A stretch of 63,055 bases of DNA, the filler included, from Octopus bimaculoides (Eukaryota): the NCBI RefSeq assembly GCF_001194135.2. It is 4 parts of 4 records of this genome, joined end to end, with 100 filler letters (N's around TTAATTAATTAA, not from the genome) between each part and the next. Parts side by side here need not be neighbours in the genome. Positions count along the whole stretch, not along the records: positions 1 to 15,647 come from NC_068992.1; 3 more parts are not named here. One strand, 5' to 3'. The stretch's first letter is position 1, and each line of letters opens with the position of its first letter. This document shows positions 1-12,394 of this stretch, in pieces. The notes below the pieces were generated by a model. It had not been told where the DNA came from and did no database searches. It worked only from the letters and a program-made list of their open reading frames with translations. The position numbers and the translations under genes are program-made.

Positions 1-42
<42 letters not shown>
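1..42. repeat. (AT)n microsatellite
   Basis: Pure AT dinucleotide run at the window start. Confidence 0.98.
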
Positions 43-46
<4 letters not shown>

Positions 47-804
47 CATATTTTGGGAATGACATATTTTGTAAACACAGCTCTGGAGTTGCTTTTTAAT
101 CCCGAATGGGGTATATTTAACAGCAAACACTATCATATAGTTCAGATTTGTAACTCCAGCCATCAGTTCAACACAGATATTGTATACGATCCTACATTCC
201 TTTATTTTTGAATTTCACAATCCGAGTGACTGTGGTAGTGTACATATTGTCGGGACATGATGTGTTGCAAATTTTCGAATAAAATGCAGATGCCGTAGTT
301 AGTGTTGTGAGATGAAATTCTGGGGTTGATGAGTTGATCAAAATGTATGCAGGTTTCTGCCTTAGTGACAGAAGCGTTTGAACATAATGCCAATGTAATG
401 ATTTACGCCCAGCAAATTCTTCTACTGCAGCTACAGTGTAATGGGTCGTCATTATTAGTGTCTGTGAAGTTGTCACCGTGGTTATAGGATCGCAGCAGTG
501 AAACGCTGACCTCAGCAAGACGTTTCCAGTGTTTCAAATAAGTAACCATATTCACATACATACATTCACGTAGACACACGTACACAAGCATATAAAAGAC
601 TCGATATAAAACCGGTGATCCACATCTGTATTTCTAACACTTGTAACATACCCATAGTAAAAAGCTTCATATAATATAATTCGTCAAAATGACAAAAAAA
701 AAAGAAAAGAAAAAATGCCGGATAGTGTTTGTTGTCATATTAGAATAACATAACTAATGAATTTCAGAAAAAGTTTCTTATGCTTCGCTCATATTTGTTT
801 ATAT

Positions 805-895
805 ATATATGTATATATGTATGTGTCTGTGTGTGTGTGCGTGTGTGTGTGTACGCGTCTGTGTGTGTATGTATGTATGACTATGTATGAGTGCA

Positions 896-930
<35 letters not shown>

Positions 931-931
931 A

Positions 932-975
<44 letters not shown>
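805..975. repeat. Compound (TA)/(TG)/(ATCT)n microsatellite running into an N gap
   Basis: Directly visible; source of the YLSI/LSIY pseudo-ORFs. Confidence 0.95.
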
Positions 976-2365
976 AGATCANNNNNNNNNNNNNNNNNNN
1001 NNNNNNNNNNNNNNNNNNNNNNNNNNNNNNNNNNNNNNNNNNNNNNNNNNNNNNNNNNNNNNNNNNNNNNNNNNNNNNNNNNNNNNNNNNNNNNNNNNNN
1101 NNNNNNNNNNNNNNNNNNNNNNNNNNNNNNNNNNNNNNNNNNNNNNNNNNNNNNNNNNNNNNNNNNNNNNNNNNNNNNNNNNNNNNNNNNNNNNNNNNNN
1201 NNNNNNNNNNNNNNNNNNNNNNNNNNNNNNNNNNNNNNNNNNNNNNNNNNNNNNNNNNNNNNNNNAAGAACACAGTAAGAAGAGTTTTGCGGTTGCTTTT
1301 TAATCCCAGTTGAAGTATATTTAACAGCAAACGATTATATATTGTACAGATTGAAATTTATTTCATTTAGCGTATCCGTTTTTGGCATGGTGACAAATTC
1401 AGAAATCAATATTGCTATGCTTAGCAATTTTGATGGAAGCTTTATGAAAACAAATTAAACTAGCACTTTTTCTCCCTCTAACACAATAAATGCAACGAGT
1501 TTCTATAATGAACAGTCTGTGGAAACAACTGTACTATAGAACAGGCTACTGTTCTTATCTTGTATATTAGCTATAATCTGTGGTCGGATCAAATCATATA
1601 ACATATTTCTTATTTAAACTAACGTATACTCGCATGTAAGCCTAGAATACATATTATTTCTATATCGATAAATTTGCCAATATCTCTACCAAATATCTTG
1701 AAATAAGAGAGGATTGAGAGAGAAAAAAATATACCATTTAAATACAAAAACCAATATTAATAATTTTCAGTAAGAAATCTGTGTTACCGATAATCAACTA
1801 ATGCATATATTTACGACCCTGTTATAATGGATTGAATAATAGCTTTGCTAAAGGGCTCAATTAAATTATTCGTCAGTTGGTGAGATCGACTTACTGTTTG
1901 CTCATCCATATGTATGTGAATATAAATTTGAAACATGCGTACATGAAACACGACAATAATCTAGACAATCTTATTTGATTTACTCTGCTTTAGTAACTAG
2001 CTGATATTAATTTTAGTTATACGCTGAAAAATACAACATGTTGTGCCATTTCTACAATTATTTTAAACATTTCTGTGCCTCTATGAGTGCTCTCCAAAAA
2101 CATAGATGTATATCTTCAATTAGTTACATATGACTAGTTATATGGTTAATATTAAAAAAAAAAACAGTATAAACCTAAAACAGACAAATATGGAGATTTG
2201 TGTGCTGTTCCTGATACTTACACTGAAGTAAAACTAGAATACAGTGTCCTGGAGTTGCAGAAATTAAGACATTTGCCAGATAACAAAATGTATCTGTGTA
2301 TATTTTTGTTATGCACACATGTACACACATATATACGAGTATATACACCCAACACACACACGCAT

Positions 2366-2397
<32 letters not shown>

Positions 2398-5300
2398 ATA
2401 AAAATACAGAAACACATACACATATGTATATATATGCATCAAATCGTGAATTATGTTCGAAGAGGTTTGATGGTATATATGGTAGTCAATATATGCTTGT
2501 GGTAGTGCACCTGCATGCATACACACATACATACGTCTTTATCGCTTGCTTATTGTTCTGATCACCGCTTAGTATGGAATACCGCAAATTATTATTGCAC
2601 ATACCGGAAAAAAATATCAGAAAAATGTATGTGCGTATAACCTAAGTTTATAAATGTGAATAAAGGAAATTATTTTTTTACCATTTTTTTATCCATATTA
2701 TATATTGATAGATTCGTTAGCAAATTTACTATTTTATCACGTGGGCGTATCTCATTAGAATGCATCGGCCAATATATTTATCTAGCTAATCATTGATTAG
2801 AACTATCTGATCAGTTTATTTGGTCCTATAATAGGACTTATATATGTATATATCATATATATAACATTGAATCTATGAAAGTTCAGCTACCTGGTTACAT
2901 TACAATTTGTAATATAAGCAAAACTATTTAGGAATTTACTCCATTCGAATTTACTCTGGAAGCAGTTCCTATTCAAAGTCTGTTACCTGATAGAGCTTTC
3001 TTGTTGTTACTGATTATACCCAAAATTTTATATAATTGTGTTTCAAATATTACACTAAAGTTATGAAGTGATTTTGTGTGTTGTATAATGCTATCAAATG
3101 CATAAAATGTATCATTAGCGACAATGCCTATACTCCAATATCTGATCGATGAGAGCCGTACATCGAATCTTCGTCTCTCTTGCAAAAACCAGACTATAGT
3201 ACTCGATAAAACTTTGATAACTAACTACCAGCGTATAATCAATCAAATTAAAGAACTATTCGTTCTGCCGTAATTCCAGTCCTGTGTGTGGATAAAAGGA
3301 ATTTGCTGTCAAGTTACGCAATGCTATTTGCAAAGTAAAATTGATATAAAATTGATATAAAATTGACGTGTTTAATTCTTTAGTATCAGAATTAGGTCGT
3401 CAGAGTTCACAAGTATAGAAATGAAATCTCAATGGTACTCGTAAACTGCATGCTGATTTCTTTGTGTAACATTTTGGGACTATTTCAATATAATCAATTG
3501 CTGAAGAAAAGTCTGCCCAACATTTCCTTACTTTGTAATATGGTTCCTTCTTATATACTACTTTTAAAATTAAATTTACAATGTCCACGTAGTCTATATA
3601 TTGTTCTTATAGCGTTAATTCAAAATTATATGCCTCTTTGTATCAAGTAGTATTGTAATCCATACATTCTCTCTGGTAACGCTATGATTGTCATTTCACT
3701 TGTTTATTAACAATTGTCGTAGTTCTTCTTAGAGTTGTTCATTGTCACTTCAGTCTAGACACTTTATTTCATAATGTGGTATATAATTAACGTCCATTAT
3801 TAATCAGGATAGCCAAAATAAAGTCAATCTATCTCAGTATTGAAGCTCACTAACTAGAATTATATTTGATTACCAAAATGCCTTCGCCTCAACTGTAGCT
3901 AAATTAATAACGTTATGCTAGTCCCTTTAATTTCATGTGCTAAATGACGATTATATCTGTGTATCTCTTTTACAAAGCAATTGGTTTGAAGGAACAACTA
4001 TATCTGAAGAAAGATCATATAGTCAGATTTTTGTTTATTGTCAAATCAAAGACAGCCATATTATAAAATTGTCAAATTAGTACAAACCAAATCTATGAGC
4101 CAGATTAAATTAATTTTGCTTACTATTAGAAAATCTAAAATGGAATTGCACTAAACAATTTTAAGGACACCATTTATTACGAATACGTCATCTTTTTTGT
4201 TTTTGGTTTTGAATAACTTCCATTATTAGACGAAAAAAAATCAAGCTTTTATGAGAGATTCAAGGAAACAAACATCTGCCAAACATATCTTTTGATGTGT
4301 GTTTATACAAATTGGAGAAATTCGTTGAAGAGTCTGATAGATTTTGTTCTTTGAATGGAGATAGTAGCCTCTCGCCTGAATATCAGATTGGCTTCTGCTT
4401 CTTCAAACTGAATACTTCAATGAAAAGTCAACAAAGAATGGTAAAGGCTAACCATAGAATGCCAGATATCGATTTTCCTTCGATACTGCTTGCTGCTTAA
4501 ATGCTGCAGCAGAATTGACCTTACGAAAGAATTGTTATTTTGAGAAACTATCAGGCGATGGTGTAGTGAAGGGAACACTTGATATGCAATTAAACTGCTC
4601 TATATTCTAGCAATCCCACGTTTCACCTTTTCTCATGTCTACAGAAGATTTGTTTTTTTCTTAACGGGGAAAAGAAGTAAAAATATATTATAGAATACCG
4701 TTTATTATGAGAATGATACATATTCGTATATGCTGATTTGTGTTAATTTATCGCATGACACTCTGCTAAACATATTAGAATCGTTGTTAAATTGCATTCC
4801 AACTTGAATTGAACAATATTGCACCAATATAAAATGCACAGAGCTAGTGAATTCATATAGTACCATGTGCTGCTGTACGCATTATTTAATTCAGAAGAGA
4901 TGAAGAGATTAAAATAATTACCTCTTCGGATGTAACATGAGGGAGTGTGAACAGATTTGAAAAAAAAAAATCAACTCAGTAAAATAAAAAGCACTCTTCA
5001 TTTTGAAATTGAAATCGGTTTCTATAAAATATCATTAGAAATTGCGAATGACGGATTATCCTTTCGAATCACTGAGTACAAAGTTTGTTCATTTACATGT
5101 CTATTTCCTTCACTTACTTTATTCATTTAACATGTTTTGCATCACCAATTATTCTGCATTTCATCAGACGTGTGAACTATATTTGTATTTCCCTTCCTAC
5201 TTTTGCCTAGGATACAAAATACAGTCATTTCTAATTTTTGTGTCAACTTCTAAAGTGAGTGACCGACAAAATTAACGCTGTTAAATTAGTTTACGTTATA

Positions 5301-5876
5301 ATTCACACCCGGAGTCGTTACTAATCAGGTGTAATGAAGCATATTTCAAAATGTTAGGTGAATGATTGTCATTTTCCGCTGTTGTTACTGTGCATATTAG
5401 AGAAACATTAATTTCTTACATAGATGACAATAGAAAGGGACTGAGTAATTTGTGTTTAAAATTGCTTCTTGAATGTACTAAATGGTTTTAGAGCGTATGT
5501 TTTCGACAAGGTGCAAATCGTGCTTAAGAGAACTTAATTAATATTCTAAGACTTAGCGAGGTAGAAAACACGTGAATGAATTATTGGCGAAGAATGAGAC
5601 AAAATGTTTGCATTCTACTAACCGTTAACATTAGATTTCAATATCAACGTAAGCTAATTATTATTGGCTTGCATTTTCCCCTCTACATTCAAGATATATA
5701 TATATATAGGCTATGAGAGATAATGGTGTCAATAAGGCCAGAAGGTGTTAGGTAATGGTTAGTAGGTGCTATGGATAGACCAAAGTCAAGCTCCAGGTTC
5801 GGTGATTATGCGAATAGGAAGTCCAACGTAGGTCATATATCAGCATGTATATATATACAGACATTATTTTTCACAC

Positions 5877-5926
5877 CGTCTCCGATGAAGGGATATAATG
5901 AATATCCTGGAAACAGATGTAAGACG
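5877..5926 (+). ncRNA. Candidate minimal type I hammerhead ribozyme (U4C core variant)
   Basis: Layout: CGTCT (stem I), CCGATGA (core, canonical CUGANGA), AGGGATA-TAATGAA-TATCCTG (stem II), GAAAC-AGAT-GT (stem III), A (cleavage triplet GUA), AGACG (stem I partner). Folded by eye. Confidence 0.65.
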
Positions 5927-6815
5927 TATATATAAATGTTCTAAAGTCTTCAAAGCCTTGATTTTTTAGGTCATTCTGCAAAATAATTTTTTATATGCGT
6001 GCGCGTGCGTTTGTGTATTTGTGCATGTGTATCTGTATCTGTCGGCACGTCTGTGTGCTTGTTCATGTGCTGTATGTGTGTATTGACACGTTTGTTCTAA
6101 TTTCCTGAACCAAATCCTCGTTATGCTTGTTTATATGTTCGCTACATTGAGACACTGAAAGATTCCGAACTGAAAATGGTTCTGATATTCCGAATCGTAA
6201 AACATGTGTAGAAGGAACGAAGAAATATAAATATTAGGCATTTTCTCCTTAGTATCAGAGAAGTTAGTTGTTTGTTAAAATTACATTTTAGATTTTCCTT
6301 TAATTTGCTTAAAATTATGTCACCTGCTATGTTGGTCTCCTTCCTAATTGTCCGCTATTATGTCACAAGCGAGAGCTTTTGATTTGAGAAGTGAAGGGCG
6401 CAAATAAAGGAATCATGTAGTGTAAAACACCTGTAATAGATAAGGGATTGTAGGAAATTGACAGAATGTGAAGAGAAAGAAACTTGGTGGGCAGGAAGAC
6501 AGAGCAGTAACAATGGCCATCAAAGTAAGACACGGAAAATTGAAACGAGATACACAGAGAATCACTACTAAAGGTGTCATTGAGTTAAGACAGAAACAAG
6601 TAATACTCTACACCACAGAATTGGAAATGTATAGAGAGGATGATGCATACAACCACGGTATAGATAGTAAGGGAATATCAAAAGGTACGAGGGATACGGT
6701 AAATAACAGGAAGGATAGGAAGCACGCCCGCGTTTGTGTGCCCTAAACGACGACTGCACGAAAATATAGATATTTTAATTCAGTACGAAAAGTAACGGAT
6801 AGAAAGATCATGCAA

Positions 6816-6837
6816 CCACTACTACTACTACTATTAA

Positions 6838-6925
<88 letters not shown>

Positions 6926-6945
6926 ACTACTAATACTACTATATT
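6816..6945. repeat. Compound (ACT)n-(GCT)n trinucleotide microsatellite
   Basis: Directly visible. Confidence 0.95.
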
Positions 6946-7402
6946 AATATGCTAATCGCTTAACTGTCATTAGGTGCAGTACTACTGATATTCATATTGC
7001 ACTCGTTAGAAATGGAAATAATATCTCATCTTATATAATAAATGTATTTGTATATAGTTGGCAAATACTGTGGTAAACTAATCTTCAATGTACTCAGACG
7101 AAAAAAACAAACAGATACGTTACAATTTGAAGAAAGTGTCTGTAATATAAGGTTTCTACATAAATTGAAGCTGAATTATGCAATTATATACAGAAACATA
7201 TTCTTACGAACATAAACTGATATTATACAATTTCTATGTATATAAAGTTATTTACTTGCGAATATTTGTTTGAATGTGTAAGCTGTTTCTTCTTTTGACC
7301 TTACAAAATTTCGTTAGTAAATATAAATATTGTCGTATGAATTATAACCAATGATTTTCTTTATTAGATCCACTAATTTACTATATCATGTGCACCGCTT
7401 AC

Positions 7403-7573
7403 ATTTTGAAACACCTGTTGGAAAGGGAAGGGGAAAATGTGATAAGGCGCTGCAGATGTGCCAAAGAGCAGTAGCAAAAATGTAGCGTGCCTCAGAAGGG
7501 TACGACTACGAGAACGCTCATCGCCAGATATCGCTTCAGCAAACGGAGATAATACCATCGTAAGATAATTCAT
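7403..7573 (-). CDS. Candidate exon: either a first coding exon with a signal-peptide-like stretch, or a 12-nt microexon (7403-7414)
   Basis: Minus strand reads MNYLTMV...RTLLRHATFLLLLFGTSAAPYHIFPFPFQQVFQN, ending at a strong donor AAT|gtaagc. An internal strong acceptor ttttccccttccctttccaacag lies 12 nt upstream of that donor. No homology recognised. Confidence 0.25.
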
Positions 7574-7597
7574 ACATACATACATACNNNNNNNNNN

Positions 7598-7659
<62 letters not shown>

Positions 7660-7859
7660 CACATAGGTTGGTGTATAGATTGAGAGATAGATAGATAGAT
7701 AGATAGTCAGACAGATAGATAGTCAGACAGATAGATAGTCAGACAAATAGATAGATCGATAGATAGATAGGCACATAGAGGGAGAGGGAGAGGGAGAAGG
7801 TGATCCCCTTCCTATTCACTATTCATGTTTTTTATTTAATCATTTACCATTTTATTGGA

Positions 7860-10250
7860 ATATGTTTAAGGATTGTGACCACTTCATCAGAGAAGCGTTT
7901 CCAGTTTTTAATGATATAATTTTTTGTACTCCTAGTCAAAAGATTCTACTAAGTTTGCATATGAGGTCGAAAACCGCGTCCCCATAGCCGTGCCCTCTCT
8001 GTCAATATATTTATTGTGGAATATACAGCTATTTTCTTCTTGTACCAGGCGTGTGGCCTTGGTGATGAATTCAGACTTGAAGAGTTCATTTTTCAGTCCT
8101 CTCTGTTGCTCTACTCAGTGTTTGATTGCTCTTAGGTATAAAGTGTGAGGCATGATGTGTTGGATGAAATCTATGCCATCCCGAACATAACTGGGTATTA
8201 AAGGGCACGAAGCTTTTAGGAGTATATCTAAAAAATGACTTAGTTGTTGTGTTGGTGCTTGAGGTCCAGCGACTATTGGTCCTAGTTTAAGGTTAGCAGG
8301 CCTTAGTATTTTTACGTACTGGTTCTCCTACTTATTTATTGCACTTTGTATATCGGCGCTTTTGCGGATTTTTGGTAATCCGTAGAAATTGCTCTCTGTG
8401 ATTACAGAGTTGCATGTATAATCTGTCTCCTTGTCTGTGAGGGAATCTTGGAATTCATTGATTAGTCTTCTGATTCTATTCATTATCGTTTTTTCTGAGT
8501 GTCTTGGGTTTCCTTGTAGTAGGTTTCGTTTGTTTACATTTCCAATATTTTATCTTTATAATAGTCCTTGTCCATGATTACTATCGTTCCTCCCTTATCA
8601 GCTTCTTTTAGGATGATTGAGTTGTCATTCTTCAGTGTTTGTAACGTTTCCTTTTCTTCTTCCCGAATGTTTTGTTTGCATTTGTGGGTATTTAGGGGAA
8701 ATTTTGAAATCGTCTATATACACGTCTAAATACTAGTCCCTCCCCTTATAGGGGGTGAAGAGGGATTTATTTCTGATTATTGATTGATCATTTAAATTCT
8801 TACTGCTGAAGAATTCTGTAAGTCGGAGGTGGCGGTTGAAGTGTTCAATATCAGATTTCAGTTCAATGAGATTAGGGATAGTTGTCAGGGTAAACTTGAA
8901 ACCTTTTTAATACGAGGTTCATCTCATTTTTTGTTGAGGTTTCTGTTTAACAAACTTATAATCTTCGGGTCTATATGTTCTGTGCGTTCATTTAAATTTT
9001 GTGTTTTATAGGATCCGGTGCGTGACTTTGGTATTTTCTCCCTAAAACAGAAGTGTATTACTGTGTTTCTATTTTCTGATTTCGGGATTCTGGTTCCCAT
9101 GTAGGCGGGAAGATGGTTCACGTCTTTTATAGGAATTCCGTTGGTTATAGGTTTTGATTTCTTCCCATCTTCCAGGCCGTTTTCGCCATTCAGGGTATAT
9201 GAGATTTTTGGTCGTAAATTGTGGGTTGCTTGAGATATCACGATGATTATTATTCATATTATAGTACTTGTGTTGTTTATTTTTCTTTCTTCCCATATAT
9301 TTTTACATGTAGGATTCGTGATATTACGGATTGATGGTTGTCTGTATGTTATTTGTCTGTCATGTCTTTTTTTCCTTTGTATTTATCCGTCTACGGTGTT
9401 TGAAATTATGGTTGATGATTGTCTTCTATATTTCAACTGTTGGCTATTTGCAGTGTTATGTAATGTGGAAGTTGGGTTGAGAGGGAGGTCATTTCCGCGT
9501 ATGTTCTTGGGTAATTAGAGGTTCGATAACTTAGAGCGATTCCTCTAGGGTTGGTGTCTATAGTTATTTTCAATTTCCTCGTATTTTATCGTTGTGGCTT
9601 CGTTTTCATAATTCGTCATAACTTTGTTCATATTCAGTGAACCACTCTGGTTTTCCCCACATTTTTATGGATTTTGCTTCTTCCCGCTTTGTGTCTTCTT
9701 TCCATAGTTTTGTAGTTTTTCATGACATTGATTGTCACTTCACTCAGCATTTTCAGCAAACATAACTGCATCAATTGTTCTTACTTGCTCTTCGTGTCGT
9801 ATTTTTCGTGATTGCAGAAGAGCGATTTCTGCTTCTAGTCGGCATAAAGCTAAATTCGCACGTATCCTTATCTCTTCCAGTGATTCACTTCTTATTTCTT
9901 TACTAAGAAATTTTCTGGGCAGGATTGGATTTTCTTTTCTTCGTCACTTCTTGTAGGCGTTGGCTATATAATTCCATCAACTGCTTTTCCAGTATGCATG
10001 TTTCTGTTGATCAAGAAGTTTCTTCCAGAGATATGGTTTCAAGTGATGTTGTTGTTGTATATCAATTCTTGCTATTTTCTTGTTGTTTGTCTCTGTTGTT
10101 AAATCATCTTGTATATGCGTATCATTCACAGTTTTATCTGCGTTGGTGATGATTGTGCCAAGTCTTGAGTTATCTAAATTCATCTTATTTCTTTAAGAAG
10201 TTCTACTTACTTTTGGTGATTCTCAGCTGCGAATTTCCTTGGGATCCATT
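7860..10250 (-). mobile_element. Penelope-like retroelement (PLE), decayed N-terminal region plus reverse transcriptase, 3' truncated
   Basis: Minus-strand translation across stops and frameshifts gives PLE hallmarks: GFKFTLT...ELKSDIEHFNRHLRLTEFF; NIREEEKETLQTLKNDNSIILKEADKGGTIVIMDKDYY; FYGLPKIRK...LGPIVAGPQAPTQQLSHFLDILLK...IPSYVRDGIDF; GTAMGTRFSTSYANL; WKRFSDE (degenerate YxDD). Confidence 0.92.
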
Positions 10251-10256
10251 CATTCT

Positions 10257-10630
10257 GGAACATGCAGCAACTACAACTTTAAATACTTACAAATTTAAAG
10301 AGCGGATATGAACTGCAGAACGCAAAACCTCATATAGTGCATTACCTTCTCAAACTGCAAAGACAATTACATTAGCGAAACAAATGATTCCTCCTGCCAA
10401 GGTGCAAGAATCAACAAGCAACATATCCGACAAGAGGAATTACGCAAGATTCTATTAAATATGTATATGGAAATATGCAGCGACAAAAAATTCAAAATTT
10501 TTCACTATTAGTAATGTGCATGGAAAAATCCGCAGTGGAACTGCATTTCATCAAAACTTCTCTCCAAAATTGAATGTTTGAAAGAAAAGCGGAGACAGTA
10601 CATTGTTTATTTTAAATATACTCAAATATC
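10257..10630 (+). mobile_element. PLE GIY-YIG endonuclease C-terminal segment, inverted relative to the adjacent RT ORF
   Basis: Plus-strand translation GTCSNY ... MNCRTQNLI*CITFSNCKDNYISET ... KQHIRQEELRKILL..MEICSDKKFKIF ... ELHFIK-FSPKLN. This matches the Cys linker, GIY/YIG motifs and PKLN terminus typical of PLE endonucleases. Confidence 0.8.
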
Positions 10631-11037
10631 TGAAACATAATGCTCTTTTCTGTAAATATTTTGGTGTATATCTGTGGCATTGAGATGTTCTGAGCTTTGC
10701 GTGATTTCCTAGTTTGTAAGTGTTTGTAAGTGTTTCCTAGATTGTAAGTGTTATATTAATGTTGCCTAATGCAAAAGTATGAAATTGAAAGAAGCGTGAT
10801 TTTGTTTACACAGTATAAACATTGACATGTTCCAAAACACACGCACGCACACTTCATCAAGGGATTGTCTCCAAAATCGAATGTTTCAACGAAAAGAGCA
10901 GAATTTGCATTATTTATTCCAAATGTGGCTCATCTCTACAAATGTTCGGAACTATATTTCATCAAACGTTCTCTTCAAACTTGAATGCTTGAAACAAAAG
11001 CGGTGAATGTGGATTTTGTATTCTAAATATAACTCAA
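10542..11037 (+). repeat. Three degenerate direct copies of the PLE ORF terminus plus 3' flank
   Basis: The unit tttcatcaaa..tctccaaaattgaatgtttgaaagaaaagcgg..taaatatactcaa recurs at about 10542-10626, 10850-10932 and 10948-11037. Confidence 0.75.
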
Positions 11038-11205
11038 TGAGGATGGAAATGTGTGATGACCACACAACACATTTTTCTTAAGAGCTTACCATTGTTAAAC
11101 ACATTGCAATAAATAGTAAATGACTAAATAAATATAAATGAATGTTGAATAAGAAGGGGAAGCCTCCTTCTATCTCTCCCTCTCTCTCTCTACCTACCTA
11201 CCTAC

Positions 11206-11253
<48 letters not shown>

Positions 11254-12220
11254 ATATCTATCTATCTATATTCATTGTCATGGAACCACACCCAAAAAAC
11301 AAAATCAATGTCCTCGTTTTCTAAACACCCCCACCCCACACATCTGCCTTATATAAATGAAAAAGTTGTTTGTACATTCACAATATTCTATTTAACAAGT
11401 TCGAGAAACGAACATAACCGCTAATAATAATGAAGAAATAAAAATATTTTTTGTCGCACAATTTCCCCTCAACCTGTCATTCATTACAACACCAGTCTGC
11501 GTTCAGATTGCCTTTGCAGAGGGGACATCTAGTCTTCCGCCTTCACCGTGAACAGGTATTAATCTTCGCTCCTTTGCGCCATAGGCTCAACTCCATTCTC
11601 TCCTTCATTTGACTCCCTGTTTCTCGTCTCTTTATCTGTCACCTACCTCTTCCCTTCACTCCTACCCACATCCTCTCTCCTCTCTTGCCCTGACACCTAC
11701 TTTTTTTCACTCTTACTAGCCTTCTCCCTTTATTGATAACCCCTCCATACACCCCCACCAACATACCCTACTCCCACAGAAAAGAATACTAAAACACATG
11801 ATCATATACAGACACGCACACTTCATACACACACACGGACAAATATGGAGACACACATCCATGCATCACATAGTAACACAAACCCGTACACATAGATGGA
11901 CTCAGACAGGCGCACACAAGAAGAAAGAGGTACACACATATATACACTCACACATACAAACACAGAATCATGAAAACAGAAACACATGAATATGAAGAAT
12001 ACATACAAACGTAGACGCACGCATACATGCATACATACACATGCATGCATATCTACATATATGTATAAAATGCACACTAATGCACTCACAAGCACACAAA
12101 CAAACAAATAAATAAACAAAGAGAATGCAGTTCCGATAACGACCATCAACGAATATTGTAGAGGTTGTAAAAAGCAACAAAATTTTTTGAAGAATATACA
12201 CACATATATATGTGTGTGCA

Positions 12221-12262
<42 letters not shown>

Positions 12263-12330
12263 NNNNNNNNNNNNNNNNNNNNNNNNNNNNNNNNNNNNNN
12301 NNNNNNNNNNNNNNNNNNNNNNNNNNNNNN

Positions 12331-12394
<64 letters not shown>

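Noticed and set aside
757-1330. Long ORFs in the track with YIYI, CVCV, HTHT, LSIY, poly-M/D/I or X runs (here and throughout)
   Set aside because: They are translations of microsatellites and N gaps, not genes.
5211-5254. 44-nt plus-strand exon between cctag| and |gtgagt (and a 12-nt one near 45075)
   Set aside because: Splice-like signals are frequent by chance in AT-rich DNA. There are no supporting neighbours, and overlapping minus-strand signals are equally good.
6468-6746. 92-aa purine-rich plus-strand ORF
   Set aside because: No recognisable motif or splice context; the compositional bias explains the lack of stops.
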